Of a DNA stretch of 64,000 nt, positions 24,851 to 39,042 are shown one piece after another (positions within the stretch are counted from its first letter, which is position 1; every line of letters starts with the position of its first letter). Made by a program: the position numbers and the translations under genes. The notes under the pieces are model-generated. The model saw only the letters and a program-made list of their open reading frames with translations. It did not search any database and was not told the DNA's origin. Source of the DNA: Camelus ferus (Eukaryota); NCBI RefSeq assembly GCF_009834535.1, contig NC_045696.1, positions 21,578,001 through 21,642,000 on the forward strand, read 5' to 3'.

Positions 24851-25259
24851 AGTGAGAAGGATAGGGTTAAATTTACAAGCAGACTTGTAATCTATTGTCT
24901 CCCTTTACTGAGGTTACTTGAGAAATAAAGAAATAATCTGATCAGATCCCCTTATAATTAAACACCACTAAACAGATGTACTGGTGAAGGCAATGCGTAA
25001 ATCTCTTATGTTAAATCCAAACTAGAATGTGTTTGAATACAAGAGATGAAGAGTATTTGGGGAGTAGCATTGACCATCTTGGACCTCCCCAAACCCTAAA
25101 CATGTCTTTTGTTACTGCCTATACCCTCTGAGTCATTAGTAATTTGGTATTGGGTTATTGAGTAAGATTTCTTTTTAATTCTATTGCCTCTGATATGACA
25201 ATTTTATCTTTATTGTAGGCAAAGAATTCTTAGTTCATCAGGTAGCAACTCCCTTCTAA

Positions 25260-25690
25260 GGACAGATAAATGCACTGTGTATAGTCACACAGTAAGATAC
25301 TACACGGAAGGAGAATGAATAATTTACAAGCATATGCAATGATATAGGTAGATATTATAAAAATAACTTTTTATTAAAAAAGGTGAGAAAAGATAAAAAG
25401 TCTTATACACTATGATTCCAACTATATAAAGTTCTAAATCAAGGATTAGTTTAAAAGATTAGTTAATCTTTAGGGTTAGATGTCAAAATATTGTTTATCC
25501 TTGAAGGTTGGTTTCTGGATGTGAACACAAGGGACGCTTCTGGGATGCTGGTAACATTTTCTCTATTGGATTCTGGTTGCATGGTTGTGGTCCCCTTGTG
25601 AAAATTCATCAAGGTATCCATGATGATTTGTGCATTTGGGGGAGGGGCAGTATAAATGGCATGCTTCGATTTTTAAAAAAGATTAAGAAA
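25260..25690 (+). mobile_element. Old L1 (L1ME-like) 3' end
   Basis: 'cacaagggacgcttctgggatgctggtaacatt...tgtgaaaattcatcaag'. Confidence 0.65.
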
Positions 25691-26938
25691 AACAAGATCT
25701 AGAAAAGTGAAGCAGGTTGTCAATGATTGCACAACTGCTTTATGGTAACAGGCTGAAATAATATCCATGCCTTGTCCTACTATTTTAATAATGAATGTAT
25801 GTATGAACAGCACACACATATATTACACAAACTCACAAATCTTTAAATAAAGTTTGTATTTACAACTTTCTAATAATTTTGATGGGTTTGTCAACAAAAA
25901 ATATTGTGCTGTATAAATACCGCTAAAAGGGAAAAAATTACATAGAATACCTTTAAAGACTTGCCCAGGGTCTCAAAAATACTATAACGTAGCAAATGTT
26001 AAAACAAAACCTCTGACATTAGAACCAAAGGGCTGAATCACAAGCAGTTGCTAAACATCAGAGTGCAATCTATTTTAGTTGAGAAACAGCCCAAGGTATA
26101 GAGGACCTAACTGCCAACTGTTTGGAAAAGTAATAAATAGCAGTGACGAGTAAAGACTACCTATGCTTTTCTTTGCTTGAAAAATCACATTTTGTCTGAA
26201 CTTGACTGTGCTTTGAGCAAAATTAAAAGAAGTAAAGAAAAATATAGAGAAAAAATTCTTTTCAAGAAGTACAAAGGAAATTAAATGTAACAAATAAAAA
26301 TTAATAAATTTGGTAGGGAATGTTAAAATTTTACATAACAATTCCAATGAGGTAAAGTCAGGAATTTCTATGATTACAGCCTATCTGGGAACTATAGATG
26401 CTAATAGTAGTAATCATAGATATTTGGAAAGAATGAACTTTGCTATTTGAGGCCCAAGACTTTAGAGATAATCTAAAAGTATAAAGGAAAAAAAAATAAG
26501 AGCTAGAAGCACATTAAGATAAAATAAATGAGAAAGAAGGAATTGAAGTTGATTTTAGGAAAATATTGCATTTTGAGATGTCAAATTGGAATGAAGAGCA
26601 AGTGTTCAGTCTTGAAAGAAAACAAATATAATTCATAAAATTCCAGGTCAGATTTCAAATATTTTTGACATTAAAATGGGCTTGGAAATGCCTACTAAGT
26701 TACTTTATTGATTTATTTAGCATTTGGAATTCATAGGGATAGTGAGAGAAATGAGAAAGAAATATATTGAGGCACAGGAGGTCTAAGCAATCTTCATTCT
26801 GGACTGTTAAAAAATCTTCACATAAAATATTTCCCTCAGAGTTTGAAATTATATCACTCATCACTCATCCTATACATGCTTCAACCAAAATTGCAATTAC
26901 AAAAAAAGTGGAAGAGATAATTGAATAAAATTAGGAGA

Positions 26939-28209
26939 TCTGTTTGAAAATCTTCTCCCATTAGGTAGGCTATCTGTTTGTTTTGTTGTTGGTTTTTTGT
27001 TTATGTGTTTGGTTGTGGGGTACTTTTTTTTTTTTCTGTGCAAAAGCTTTTTAGTTTGATAAGTGCCAATTGTTTATTTTTGCTTTTTTGTTTCCCTTGT
27101 CTGAGGAAACACATCAGGAAAGATATTGATAAGACCCATGTCAAAGAACATACTGCCTATGTTTTCTTCTAGGAGTTTTACTGTTTCAGGTCTTATATTT
27201 AAGTCTTTAATCCATTTTGAGTTTATTTTTGTGTATGGTGTGAGACAGTGCTGTAGCTCCATTCTTTTGTATATGATTGTCCAGTTTTCCCAACACTATT
27301 TGTTGAAGAGACTATCCTTTCTTCATTGCATGTTCTTTGTTATTTCCAAATCATATATCTCATAAAGGTGTTAATATCCAAAATATATCAAGAAATCATA
27401 TAACTCAACAACAAAAATCAAAAGACCCAATTAAAAAATGGAGAGAGAACCTGAACAGACATTTTTCCAAAGAAGACATACAGTTAGAATGGCTGTTATC
27501 AAAAAGGCAAGAAATAACAAATGTTGAAGAAGATGTGAAGGAAAGGAAACCCTTATACACAGCTGGTGGGAATGTAAATTGGTGCAGCCACTGTGGGAAA
27601 CAGTATGGAGATTCCTTAAAAAATTAGAATAGAACTACCATATGATTCAGCTTTTCCACTTCTGGAGATTATCTTAAGAGTACAGAAACACTATCAAAAT
27701 GATATATGCACCCCTATGTTGATCACAGCATTATTTATAACAGCCAAGGTATGGAAACAACCTAAGTGCCTATCAACAGATGAATGGACTAAAAAAGAGA
27801 TACACAATGGAATACTACTCAAACATAAAAAAAATGACATCTTGACATTTCAGACAATATGGGTGGACCTTGATAGTATTATGTTAAGTGAAGTAAGTCA
27901 AATGGAAAAAGACAAATACCACATGATTTCACTCATTTGTATAATAGGAAAAAGAAAAGAAAAATAAATAAATAAAGGAACAAATGAAGCCAAACAAAAA
28001 TATACATGTAGATACAGGGAACAGAGTAGCAGTTTTCAGAGAGGAAGGGTAGGGGAAAGGCAAAATGGGTAAAGGGGTCAACTGTATGGTGACGAATGGA
28101 AACTCAGCTTTTGGTTATAAGCACACTGCAGGGCATGCAGAAGTCAAAATATAACATTATTCATGTGAAACTCACATAATGTTATAAACCGATGTTACCT
28201 CAATACATG
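26939..28209 (+). mobile_element. 5'-inverted (twin-primed) L1 with TSD
   Basis: Antisense ORF2 segment 26939-~27339 ([30 protein letters not shown]), then sense ORF2 end and 3' UTR. 11-bp TSD aaattaggaga at 26928-26938 and 28210-28220. Confidence 0.92.
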
Positions 28210-29339
28210 AAATTAGGAGAAAATTAATATTTTAAGTATATAAGCTTATTTGAAAATACTTTGAGGTATACTATTCTTAAAAGTGTAAAGATAGTGATTC
28301 GATACATACTGCAATCAAATTCATGTGTCATTAAAATCAGCATTCAAATTGGATAACTGTTAGTGAAACTCATATTCAGCTACTTACATTATGACCCAAA
28401 TTCATTAATGTTAATAATAAAAGGTGAATAATGAAATAAATTGGAATAATGTCATTTTAGTTTAAATAAATTTACAATAAGTGTTTATATATAAACTGAA
28501 TGAAATAATAGCTATCATTGATAAAAACTACACTAATACAATTTCCAAAGCAAAGAAATTTAGAACAATTAATTGTATAAGACAAAAACTGTTAGTATTC
28601 AATTATACTTGAAGATGTGTTTAATTTATGAAGCAAATAGTTCCTCAAAAGAGTTTGCATCCTTTTTTTTTTCTTTTCTCCACTGCATTTGATCAGATAT
28701 ATTAATTCCTACTGAAGCCAAATCCGACTTGTAGTTATAAAGCCTTGAAATAGATCCTTGATTACACGATATTTGTATTGTCTGCCTGTTACTGCTATAC
28801 AAAGTTTGGGGAAGGTTATTTTAAGTTAAAATAGGAGAAAAGAGTGAAAAAACAATTAAGAGATAACAAAGACAGAACTTTATACCAATAGAACTACGTA
28901 TGGGGATGGAAAAATGTCAATGACTTGCCTTTTTGTTTTATCTCAAGATAAAATGTTTACTTTCTGATCTATCTTCTTTAATTTTGCTTTTGACAGGTTG
29001 ATAATTTGAGTACAAAGTTGATCAGGCAACACGCCCCACCTCCGACATCAAGCGTGAATCATCAAAAGAAAACGTCAGGGAGCAGCATAGAATATTCTAC
29101 AAGTGAAAATTATGTGTGACATAATGAGTCATATCTTTCTTCTTTGACTTATTAAGAAAAAACAGGTTATGCATAACATCTGTATAACCTAGTGATTTCA
29201 ATTGGGGACTTTATATACATTATTTTATTTTATCCTCACAAATATTAACTGATGCTATCAAGGCCAGTATTTTGTAAATAAGCAAAAGGAAGCTCACAAG
29301 AGTCAAGAAAATAGATGGAAGTAATTTGACTCATGATCA

Positions 29340-29472
29340 AATGAGGAAGGAACTATTAGCAATGCTACTTTATACACAAGAAAACAGCTGAGTATCCTTC
29401 CAGAGGCCACAGTTACCAAATGGTAGTACCAGGATTCAAATCCTAATATATAATCTGGCCCCTGAATTCACT
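29340..29472 (-). mobile_element. MIR remnant, interrupted by a MER2-like element
   Basis: 'ccttccagaggccacagttaccaaatggtagtaccaggattcaaatcc'. Confidence 0.55.
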
Positions 29473-29475
29473 ACA

Positions 29476-29660
29476 TTTGGCTCTCAGTATCAGCAGATTT
29501 GCATCCATGGATTCACCCAACCACAGATCGTGTACCATGCTTAGCTTCTGTGATTGGCTGAATCCAGCGACATGGAGGGCCAACTATGGGGCTTGAGTAT
29601 CTGCGGATTTTGGTATCTGAGGAGGGTCCCATCACCACGAGATACTAAGGGGCAACTGTG
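29476..29660. mobile_element. MER2-like Tigger (Tc1/mariner) non-autonomous DNA transposon
   Basis: 'gcatccatggattcacccaaccacagatcg...ggattttggtatctg...gatactaaggggcaactg' with degenerate terminal inverted repeats. Confidence 0.7.
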
Positions 29661-30409
29661 TATCATTACTCTGTGCTTCCTCCCATTATCAATCTGTGTT
29701 TCAAATTTGATTCCAGGATCAGACTTGAATAAACTCTATTAATGGGATGATTGATGGTTCACAATATTCATCAGACCAAGCTATGTGTCCTTTTCTTCTT
29801 TCATTATGACTCTTTCATAAGAGTCAGTCATTTTAGGAATAATGACTGGATAAGTGACGTTCTCTGACCCTTAGTAATGTAATAAGAGCACGTAAAAATG
29901 AGGCAAGAGTTAATATTCTTTATCTTGTTCACTTGCTTTAATTTTAGTGTTAATGAAGCAGAGTCATGAATTTAAATTCCATTTGAGTCACATATTTTCT
30001 AGACTCAATAGCTATCTACTGCCCTCTCAGATCCAAGCTAGTCATTTTTTTTTTTTTTCTGACAAATGAATAAGGCTGGTCACAAGGGAGGCAAGATAAG
30101 AGCTTACAGATAAAACTTCATCATCATACTGGCAAAACAGCTAAAGTCCATCCATTGATGATGTCCAGTCATTTCATCTTTACTTAAAAACTAAACTTGT
30201 AGGTCTTAGTAACATTCAGTTCTAGATTGAGAATGTGTCATATATACCTTCCAACTTCTGTATATGCATAGTTGATATGACATAACCTGGCCTGGGTAGA
30301 CTATAGAAAGGACTAAAATCTCCCAGGGACTCTCTTGTAAAAGACTTTTACAAACTTACAGCATCACTCAAAAGAGAGTCAGCAAGACATGTAAACACCC
30401 ATAGATGAA

Positions 30410-30482
30410 CTGGACTGAGGAGTTTCTTAAGATGTGAGAATCCCAGTGCTAAATCCAGCATAGTCCTGCACAGACTGGGAGA
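30410..30482. mobile_element. MER81-like hAT-Blackjack fragment
   Basis: 'ggactgaggagtttcttaagatgtgagaatcccagtgctaaatccagcatagtcctgcacagactggga'. Confidence 0.4.
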
Positions 30483-31451
30483 AAGCACATAACTCAGTAA
30501 TACTATTTTTGTGTGTTTTGGGGTTTTAAAAAAATATTTCCAAAGGCCATATTAGTTTTTCTAGCTACTGCATGACATGGCTAATATATATGGAATTTAT
30601 GTTGGAAAAAAATCATCAACATTTCCACAATCATAAGAGATTTCAACATGTACTATAGATACAGCTGTATTTATGGATCCAAGTATATGATCAGATATTT
30701 ATCCTCTGGAATTCCATTCCTCATGGATAAATTTACAGATTTGAATAGATATTATTTACTTTTACCAGTCAAAATCCATTCACTATTGTCCTGGAAAGAA
30801 GACCGGTCCCTAATTGTGGGGTGGTAACTGCATCTCTGTCATTCTTAAGCATAGAATTGTAGTATAAATCCAGGCTTAGCATGGGTATGTAACTTATACC
30901 TGAGCTAGGCAGTCTAAAACATTACTGTGGTAAAGACGGTAACTCAGAAAGGACAAGTGACTCACACATGGTGTATAATTTGTAATCATACTCTTAGAAG
31001 GAAAGTAAAACTCATGTTTTCTCTAAATTTACACTTTAACACATGAAGTCGTGGACCTCTTAGAAACCAGATGTCATGATTCAAGTCAGAGTGGAAAAGA
31101 ACAGATCGAGAGAGACCAGCGACAACTATAGAACTTGCGCGTCTCAACCAGACCCTGAACTATGTGATTTACTGTTCTTCTCCTTTTTCACTTGCACCAG
31201 TTTAATTTCCATGTTTGTTACTTGCAACCAGGAGCCCTAAAGATTAAATGATATCTCCGATAAGTGACCCTTATTATTTTTATGCACTTAGTATCTGTAG
31301 ATTTGATGGCCTTTTATGACTTCTAATTGTTAATTCAAATCATGGGGAGAATGTAGAAGAGCCCAGGGTTCAGTGCGATTCAGAGGTGAATGATTAGAAA
31401 CCTCACTCATTCACATGCAGTCTCTGGGAGTGAACCATGACTGGTGTAGGT

Positions 31452-31607
31452 CAGTGATGCTCAGACCTCAGAGTACATCAGAATTATCTAAAGAGCTTGT
31501 AATCCCATGCAGTCTTCCCTGCCAGAGTTTTTGGCAGAGGATTGATTTGGAACCTGAGAATTTGGATTTCTAACAAGTTTCTATAGATGACACTTTGAGA
31601 ACCACTG
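31452..31607. mobile_element. MER5A-like hAT-Charlie DNA transposon
   Basis: Terminal inverted repeats cagtgatgctca.../...tgagaaccactg, with internal 'catcagaattatct' and 'atttctaacaagtt'. Confidence 0.75.
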
Positions 31608-33987
31608 GTCTAAATACGTAATATTCATGTTTGGATTTCATTACTTTTTGTAACTCAAGTAGGGGCTTTCCAGGAACATTTTTCACTGTTTTAAGATGTA
31701 GGGTAGTAAAGCCCTCATACTGTAGTCTTTTTCTTCTAGTGTTGGACATTGTGACGAGAGATGTGGTGCTTGGAGTTGGCATAGCCACTTGCAAATCAAG
31801 AGAAAAACCCAAGAGAATTACCAAGGGGTCTACCCCATACCCTGACCAACCCTGGGACTAACCTCTTTCAGAGTTATTAGGACAAGTAGATCAATGTCAT
31901 TATTATTATCTAACCATTCGTCCGGTTCTCTGCTATTTTTAACAAAATATTCTGCAGAGATGCTTATAAGTCATCTACAATAATCGACATAGAAAGCATT
32001 CTTCTGGCTGTAAGTTATCTTAGCTCAGCAATGTTTTGCTTTAGATTCTATAAACCCACAATGCAGAGCACAACTTCTTGAACACAATAGATGCTCAATA
32101 AATATTTGCCAATTTAACGATAAATGACAGCAATAGTTTGCCTTCAGTCTAAAATAGGTTGGGTTTTTTAACCACAAAAAAAGGTTTTCATGTAATTTTT
32201 TTTCTATCCCTCCCACTAGTTAAACAAATATTGCAAGAATCACTTATCTCTTTTTTGTATTATGTATGATTCCTTTTCCCTTTTGAGAATATTTTTCTCT
32301 CATAAAAGATTTGAAATACATTTTTCCACCACATATCTAAAAACAGTTTAATATGAAGAAAAACCTGGGGATGCAGTTTGAATTCTTAAAATAATGCATG
32401 CTAAAAATATGGAGTAAATCTATCTTTTCTTGTCAAGGAATATTTATAAATGCCACCTAGAAGGACATCATTTCTCAGAATGTTCTAAAGCCTTAAGTCA
32501 GCTATTTAATAGAGAAGAATACTAGGAAATATGATTCAGATAAAACAGTTTTATGGTATATAATCCTTTTTCCATGTATAATTTCTTAATGCTGTGTGAA
32601 TGTTCCTATAATTCAGGCTTACACATATTACATAAAACACTTTTCTGGCTTCTTTGCAACATGGTAAAATACAATTCTCATTAATACTTAACTTACCATA
32701 ATCTGCATCCCAAGCCTTTAGTAATTAATGCAGCATTTCTACACTTCTGTCAATAAAGTTAAATCTTATATTTAATAAATGTAGATACGGATCATAATTT
32801 TATGTGAGCAAATAAAATCTGTACAAAGTCCAAGAGTGACCTTGTTTAAAAAAAAAGTTCAAACTACTATAAGCTATAAGTCAAAGCAATTGCTCCCTTG
32901 TTTGTAGTATATGAGCTTTATCTCAAAAAGTTATAGCACTTGCTTGTAGCAACAGATAAAGTTAGCAGTTTTCAGCCTAATAGCACGGTTATTAGTATTC
33001 AAAATAATTTGTAATTTATTCAAAATCAATGGAAGAAAAATCGTCATTTTTAAAATTAACCTCCCCCCTTTTTCAATTCATTTTGAAGTGATTGGGAGGA
33101 AAATTGTATTCTAAGCATAAAAAAATTCGTTCTAATTCATTGTTTTTAGTTCTTTTTGTTTCACAACAGAAAACTTTCTGGCAATAGACTTCTACTTTAG
33201 CTCCAAGTTTGGAAGTTTTTAACATTTATGTGAATACAAATAATAATTTGGAATTGATATTTATACATGACTCAAATCAAATTTTAAAATGACTTATCTT
33301 TCTATTGGACTATTATATGAGTTCATAATTTACAGCCTTTATTGGAAGACAAAGTAAAACAATGCATTTAGGTTTCAGCACTCTCAGAAATAATGTTACT
33401 ATTAGAGGAGTCAGTATGAGAGAAAACACTCACACGGAGACCCTCTATGGTGCTGCCTCGCATCTTCCTCGTCCAGGTAATGGAGTCATCTCATCTCACT
33501 CACACGGTGTAGGTGTCCCTGGGAGGCTGCTAATTCATCATGATTCCAAGTCTGTGAGAGTAAGTGCCTGTGCCTGTGTTCTGGCTCCATGAACTTTGTT
33601 TCTCTCCCATAGAAGATGAAGGTACATTTGTGTCCTAAATTAGGCTAATCTGACTCCCCCTCACCCCATGAAGTAGAAAATTGGAATGAGAATCATGGAC
33701 CCGAATACTGCTAAAACCTAATAACATCTTTTGTTGCCACTATGAAGAGCCCTTGGAAGGTTGTTTTTGGTACCTCTGGAACTTCTCTCGTCCCTGACCT
33801 TTCTAGAGCTTCACTATTTAGCTCCTCCTAGCTTCTCAGTAAAATTCCTTCTGTTGATCACAATCGCCAGATCACATATCATATGTTGTATCCATAGCAA
33901 AATGTCTACCTTTATATTGCTGCCTACCTACTTGTCCATGTACCTCTGTTGATATATGCATAGATGGATAGATAGATGATTGATAGA

Positions 33988-33989
<2 letters not shown>

Positions 33990-34035
<46 letters not shown>
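33990..34035. repeat. (AT)23 microsatellite in AT-rich low-complexity flanks
   Basis: Perfect alternating AT run preceded by degenerate GATA repeats. Confidence 0.95.
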
Positions 34036-34037
<2 letters not shown>

Positions 34038-34929
34038 CATATGGATATATGGGTATCCATATCATCTCTGAATACATGAGCATATATGATACATATTGAT
34101 ACATATGCCATTTTATATTATATATTTCATAATACACATAGGGTTACAGTAGACTTAAAAATTGCCCTTCAAAAGGAAAAAGTCCCTGACCACACTGAAT
34201 AATTTAACAGTCACTGGCTTATGGCCTCTCTGTTCAATACCATCTATCTGTTCAGTACCACCTATCTGTACCAGTAGACTCAATCACATGTGAATGAGAT
34301 ATTGACAAAGATAGCACAAAGTCTTGATAGCAACCTAGATGGAATAGTCAAGAAAATAAAGACAGTAAATTATATCAATAAAACCAATTTTTCTGTTCAT
34401 TAATGGAAAAAATACATTAACAATTATGTTGCCATAATTGACCAAAAAATTTACCTTACTCAATAATTGATTATAATATGCAGGCACTAAGGTGGATATT
34501 CTCAGGTGTGTGAATGGGTGGTATAACCAATTTCATTTTCTTTATTAGAAAGAGTAGTTGTCTTGGCCAGTTCCATGGAGTTGCTATGAAAGTTTCTCCC
34601 AGATAAAGTTCTATTTATTTAAAATATTTATGTGAAGAACAGATAACCTGAAGAGGGATTAAAATACACACACATGTGCTTATCAACTTATAACAGGATA
34701 CAACTGTTTTTAAGATAGTGAAAAGAAAACAAGATTGTTGTATAAAAAAGGGGGAAAGTTGTGCCTGTGTAGATACAGCCTGCAGACTATCAGTAAATGT
34801 AAGGACAAATTTAAGGTTCATAATCACAAAATGACCATTTTTACAAAATAACATTCTACTAACCAACCTGAGCTGAATTTTCTTTTTTCTTTTTTTTATA
34901 TTTTGTAACAATGTATGGTGATGGATTTT

Positions 34930-35255
34930 TTTAATCTTTTTTTTTTTTTTAATTTTTTTACTGAAGTACCATCAGTTACAATGTGTCAATTTCTTGTGTA
35001 CAGCATAATGTCCCAGTCATGTATATATAAACATATATTCATTTTCATATTTTTTCATTAAAGGTTATTACAAGATATTGAGCAGAAACTTTTTTAAAAT
35101 CTGTTTTTATATATAGTGGCTAACATTTGTAAATCTCAAACTTCCTAATTTATCTTTTCCCACCCCCTTTCTCCAATAACTTTAAGATTGTTTACTATGT
35201 CTGAAAGTCTGTTTCTGTTTTGTAGATGAATTTATAGTGTACTTTTTTTTTTTAA
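34930..35255 (-). mobile_element. Lineage-specific L1 3' UTR
   Basis: Poly-T then 'tgaagtaccatcagttacaatgtgtcaatttcttgtgtacagcataatgtcccagtcat'. The same family occurs at 63476. Confidence 0.8.
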
Positions 35256-35898
35256 TTTTCAGATAAACCATACCTCCCCCTCCCTGGTCAATGACTTCTC
35301 TTGTTTTTTATATAGATGACTACTCAACGGCAAAGAGAAACTTGTACTTTGATAAATCTACTCCTGCTTAAAGAGCTTCTGATTATTATGCTGCACCAGA
35401 ACTCAGCTTTAGATAAGAACACTTTATTTTCATTCAACTCATTTATTACCTCTCTCCCTTGGAACTTCAGAAATTGAGCTAGAACTACAACTTAAACAGA
35501 CCCCTTATCTAGCCCTTAAAAGTGGTCGCAATAGAATTTTATTTGGATACAAACTACATCCATCGCATAGTACTTATCACTACCATCACATGCTTTATTA
35601 AAGGAGTTTTACCAACCTGACATGCTATCATTGCACCCTCCTGTTGAAATGCCTACCTAGAATTCACGTATTTAGCAAAGTCATTCATATTCTAAAGTAA
35701 TTCTTATGTAGTGTTTCTTATTGCCCCAACCTCATGCATTTCCCTTTATTGATCTTATCATTTATGCAGTTACTTTTTCTTTTCCCATGGAATTACTATA
35801 CATAAAATTTTGTGTATTGTTCTCATTGCATCTTTGTCATATTTCCTCTTCCTAATTCCTACTTCTTGTCATGAGCTGCTTTATTATTGGTCTCATTT

Positions 35899-35929
<31 letters not shown>

Positions 35930-38542
35930 GTGACTGTGCCATTCATTTAAATTCATCTAACACTTTATATCGGTACTTTGTGAAACTATTTTGAGCTATG
36001 TTACCTGAAAATCTAGAAGCTAATACAAAGCTAGCCATTTAGGTGATTACATATGTATCACTCTTTTGGCTTTAAATTTTTTCCATTACCCTATGTTCTA
36101 TTTTATTAGAAATATTACTCAAATAATGGACTATTTGAGTTTCACATATTAAAAGGAACAAGTTCATCTTGAGAACATAACTCATTTATTTCTTTTCAGG
36201 CTACTTTCCGTTAAGATGTGATATACAAACTATGAGACATTCACTAGCTATACCTCTAGACTCTCTTTTCACTGAAAGAAAATATTTGTTTAGTGATATG
36301 GAAATAAAATCTCAGGCAATCACACAAAGGGGTAAGTGTTATTCATGCAACGATTATTTCTTAATATTTAGATAATCTAAATTTTCCATCCTGATAATTA
36401 TTTTTTCAGTGAGTGGTATTGACATCCAAAGCAACTTCTGACTGAAGTCACATCATCTTCAGAAAAGATGAATTGTGCTGTCTCCTCCTGGGATTTTTAT
36501 TTCATTTCTCATTTCATCAGTTCACTTCAGCCGCAGTTATACAATAGGGCACTACCTGTATTGCTTTGCCCTCAGCCCCCAGCAGGCTGACCATGGTGAC
36601 TGTGTCGTTTTGTTGATCCCCCTTATGTTACTGGGTGTATTTAATTCTCTGTTTTGTTCACATGTGGTCACTTTGGAAAACCCTCCTTGGCTTCTGCCTT
36701 GCAGAGAGAGATCTCAAAACTCTGACAACTTGCATGGATCTCCCTGGCATTTGGCCCACAGTCTTTTCACACTCAGTGATTTTGCCATTTCAGTGACTCA
36801 TTTGGGTTGCAAAAGTCTCAATAAAGATTATCATTCAGTTTTCAAATATACGCATATGCACCATTTGTATGACATTTGTTTGAGACACTGTATACATCCC
36901 ACACACATATTCATTGGTGTATGTTTATTTTTGCACTATACATTTGCTAGCTTGAGCAAACATTACTTGGCCCTTAAGAACCATGAAAAACACCACATTA
37001 TGTTGTTTTTCTTTCAAAACCTAAAGTCTGAGAAAACTGTGGTCAGTACAGGAATTATAGAGACAAACAAAGAATTAGACCGTTGACTTTTATTTGGTTG
37101 TACAAAGTGTTAAAAAAAAAAACACAACAGCTAAAATAATCAGGAGAGTGGTTTCTAAGTTGGGGAACGATTTATCTAACACAATAGCAGCATAAATAAC
37201 TCTAGATAGAAAAAAGGTATAATTAGCTCATAGACATGAGATTAGATTACAAAACCACAAATAGAATACTAAATGCTTTTTTTTTTTTTCGGTATCAAAA
37301 ACAGCCTAATTTCTTTCAGGAGGTACTGTGTGAACTTGATACAGTTCTGTTATACTTCAGAACTATTGAAACCCAACATTTCTGCCCTTGACAGTAAGAA
37401 AAGTGAGCTCCATCCCTGCTAGTTCACACGGTAGTGTGTTCCATCGCAGGAAATGGTATCCAGGTACCTTCTTTTGTATACGAATCGTCCTCGGGTAAGA
37501 TAGATTTAAGAAGTCTTAAAAACAATGAGCCTAACTTTTACAAACTTTGTGACTTTTCTACTTCCAGACTAATCTTAAAGATACAGAGATTGGATTCCCA
37601 GAAAAGCATTCTGTGGATACTTGGCACTAACATGTCTATTAGTGGAAAAGCATTATCTTAACTGTTTCAGGTTTTTGACATTGTATTTTGAGCCTCGCTG
37701 GCTTTGTTTTTTCACAATGTTGAATATTCAATATAAGATTACTTACCCTTTGTATCTCCCACTCTTTCATATTTCCTTTCCTCTCTCTCTGATGCCTACA
37801 TACAATAAAGTTTATCACTATCAGTAACTGCATCAAAAAAATAAATAAAGGAAAATAAAGAAGCTGTCAACTCAAGTGAGATGTAGGTGAAATCAAGTGA
37901 GAGACCTTGTCAATATAAATTTGCATTATAAATTAATCTCAAAACTCTGTTCTTGTACTGCTTGTTCTATACGCATTGATCACCTTCCAGTGCATTGCTT
38001 CCAGTGTATTCAGTGTTGTTTAGGCCTAGAAGCACCACATGGTAATATTGAAATTTGTAGTTCTTAGACACCTTTCACAATACTCTTAAAATTTTACAGG
38101 AATAAGGAAGGTCTTAAAATAGCATCCTCATTTTTGGTTTGTATATTGGAAGGGTATTAATATATGAGACCAAGAACCGGGATCTGGAATTGTATGTAAG
38201 AAAAGAATTCTAAGGATGGCTTGGGGTCCCAAAGAAAAGTTGGAGGGAAATGAAAGACATGGAGAGTGAGTAAATGGTGCGTAGTATCACGTTCTTCGGG
38301 AGAAGACAAAGGATATTTCCCAACTAATTCTCACTTGCTCCAGAAAGCAAAACTATGACTCCAGTAGATTTGTTCACCTAAAAACTGACTAAAACCCTTA
38401 GCTACCCTTCCTTTGTTTTAGCCCCCAGCAAATAAAGTAAAATGTATTTAGCACAATTTACCAAATTTACTAAAAGCTAACAATGATTCTAGTTCTGTCT
38501 GAGCTTTCTTGGTAATTGAGAAAATTCAGGAATTATTTCTTA

Positions 38543-39042
38543 TGTGAATGAAAAATACTACAAACCGTATCTGTAAACAAAGACTGCTGAAGCCATCAAG
38601 TCATCAGCAGCTGCCACCACCCCCCAGGGAAGACAAGCCTGCAGCCTGGCCTCTGCAGCCACTCACAGTGGTGCACCCTGAGGGGACTCAGAATAAGAAA
38701 GGACAGGATACCGGCCCTAGATAGCTAGGTGCTTGTCAAAGGAATGAATTCAATGAGCCCAAATGTTTGCTTCCTCCCATGCATAGAAAAGCGCAAAATT
38801 CTTTAACTTCTTGAGATGCCTGGTTTTCTTTAGTTAACAGGTAATCTTTTAATGTTCCAACTACCTGGTCTTTGTTGTAAAGCTCCTGTATATCCTGGCT
38901 CCTCCCCTACCTCTACTGAGCAGTCCCACAGAGCAATCTGAGAGGCTGTCATCCTGGGCTCGAAGGGTTTGAGTCCTCAGAAATGTCCGCCAAATAAAAC
39001 ATAACTCTCAATTTTTAGGCTGTGCATTTATTTCAGTCAACA
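38543..39042 (+). mobile_element. Solo ERV1-type LTR
   Basis: TG...CA ends, 4-bp TSD CTTA (38539-38542 and 39043-39046), AATAAA at 38993. Confidence 0.88.

Noticed and set aside
34229..34278. 18-bp imperfect tandem duplication (tctgttcartaccayCTA, about 2.5 copies)
   Set aside because: It is short, degenerate and carries no evident motif, consistent with ordinary slippage.
36475..37086. Longest ORF (203 aa) as a CDS
   Set aside because: It has a GTG start, no recognisable domain, and a Leu/His/Phe-rich composition typical of translated non-coding DNA.
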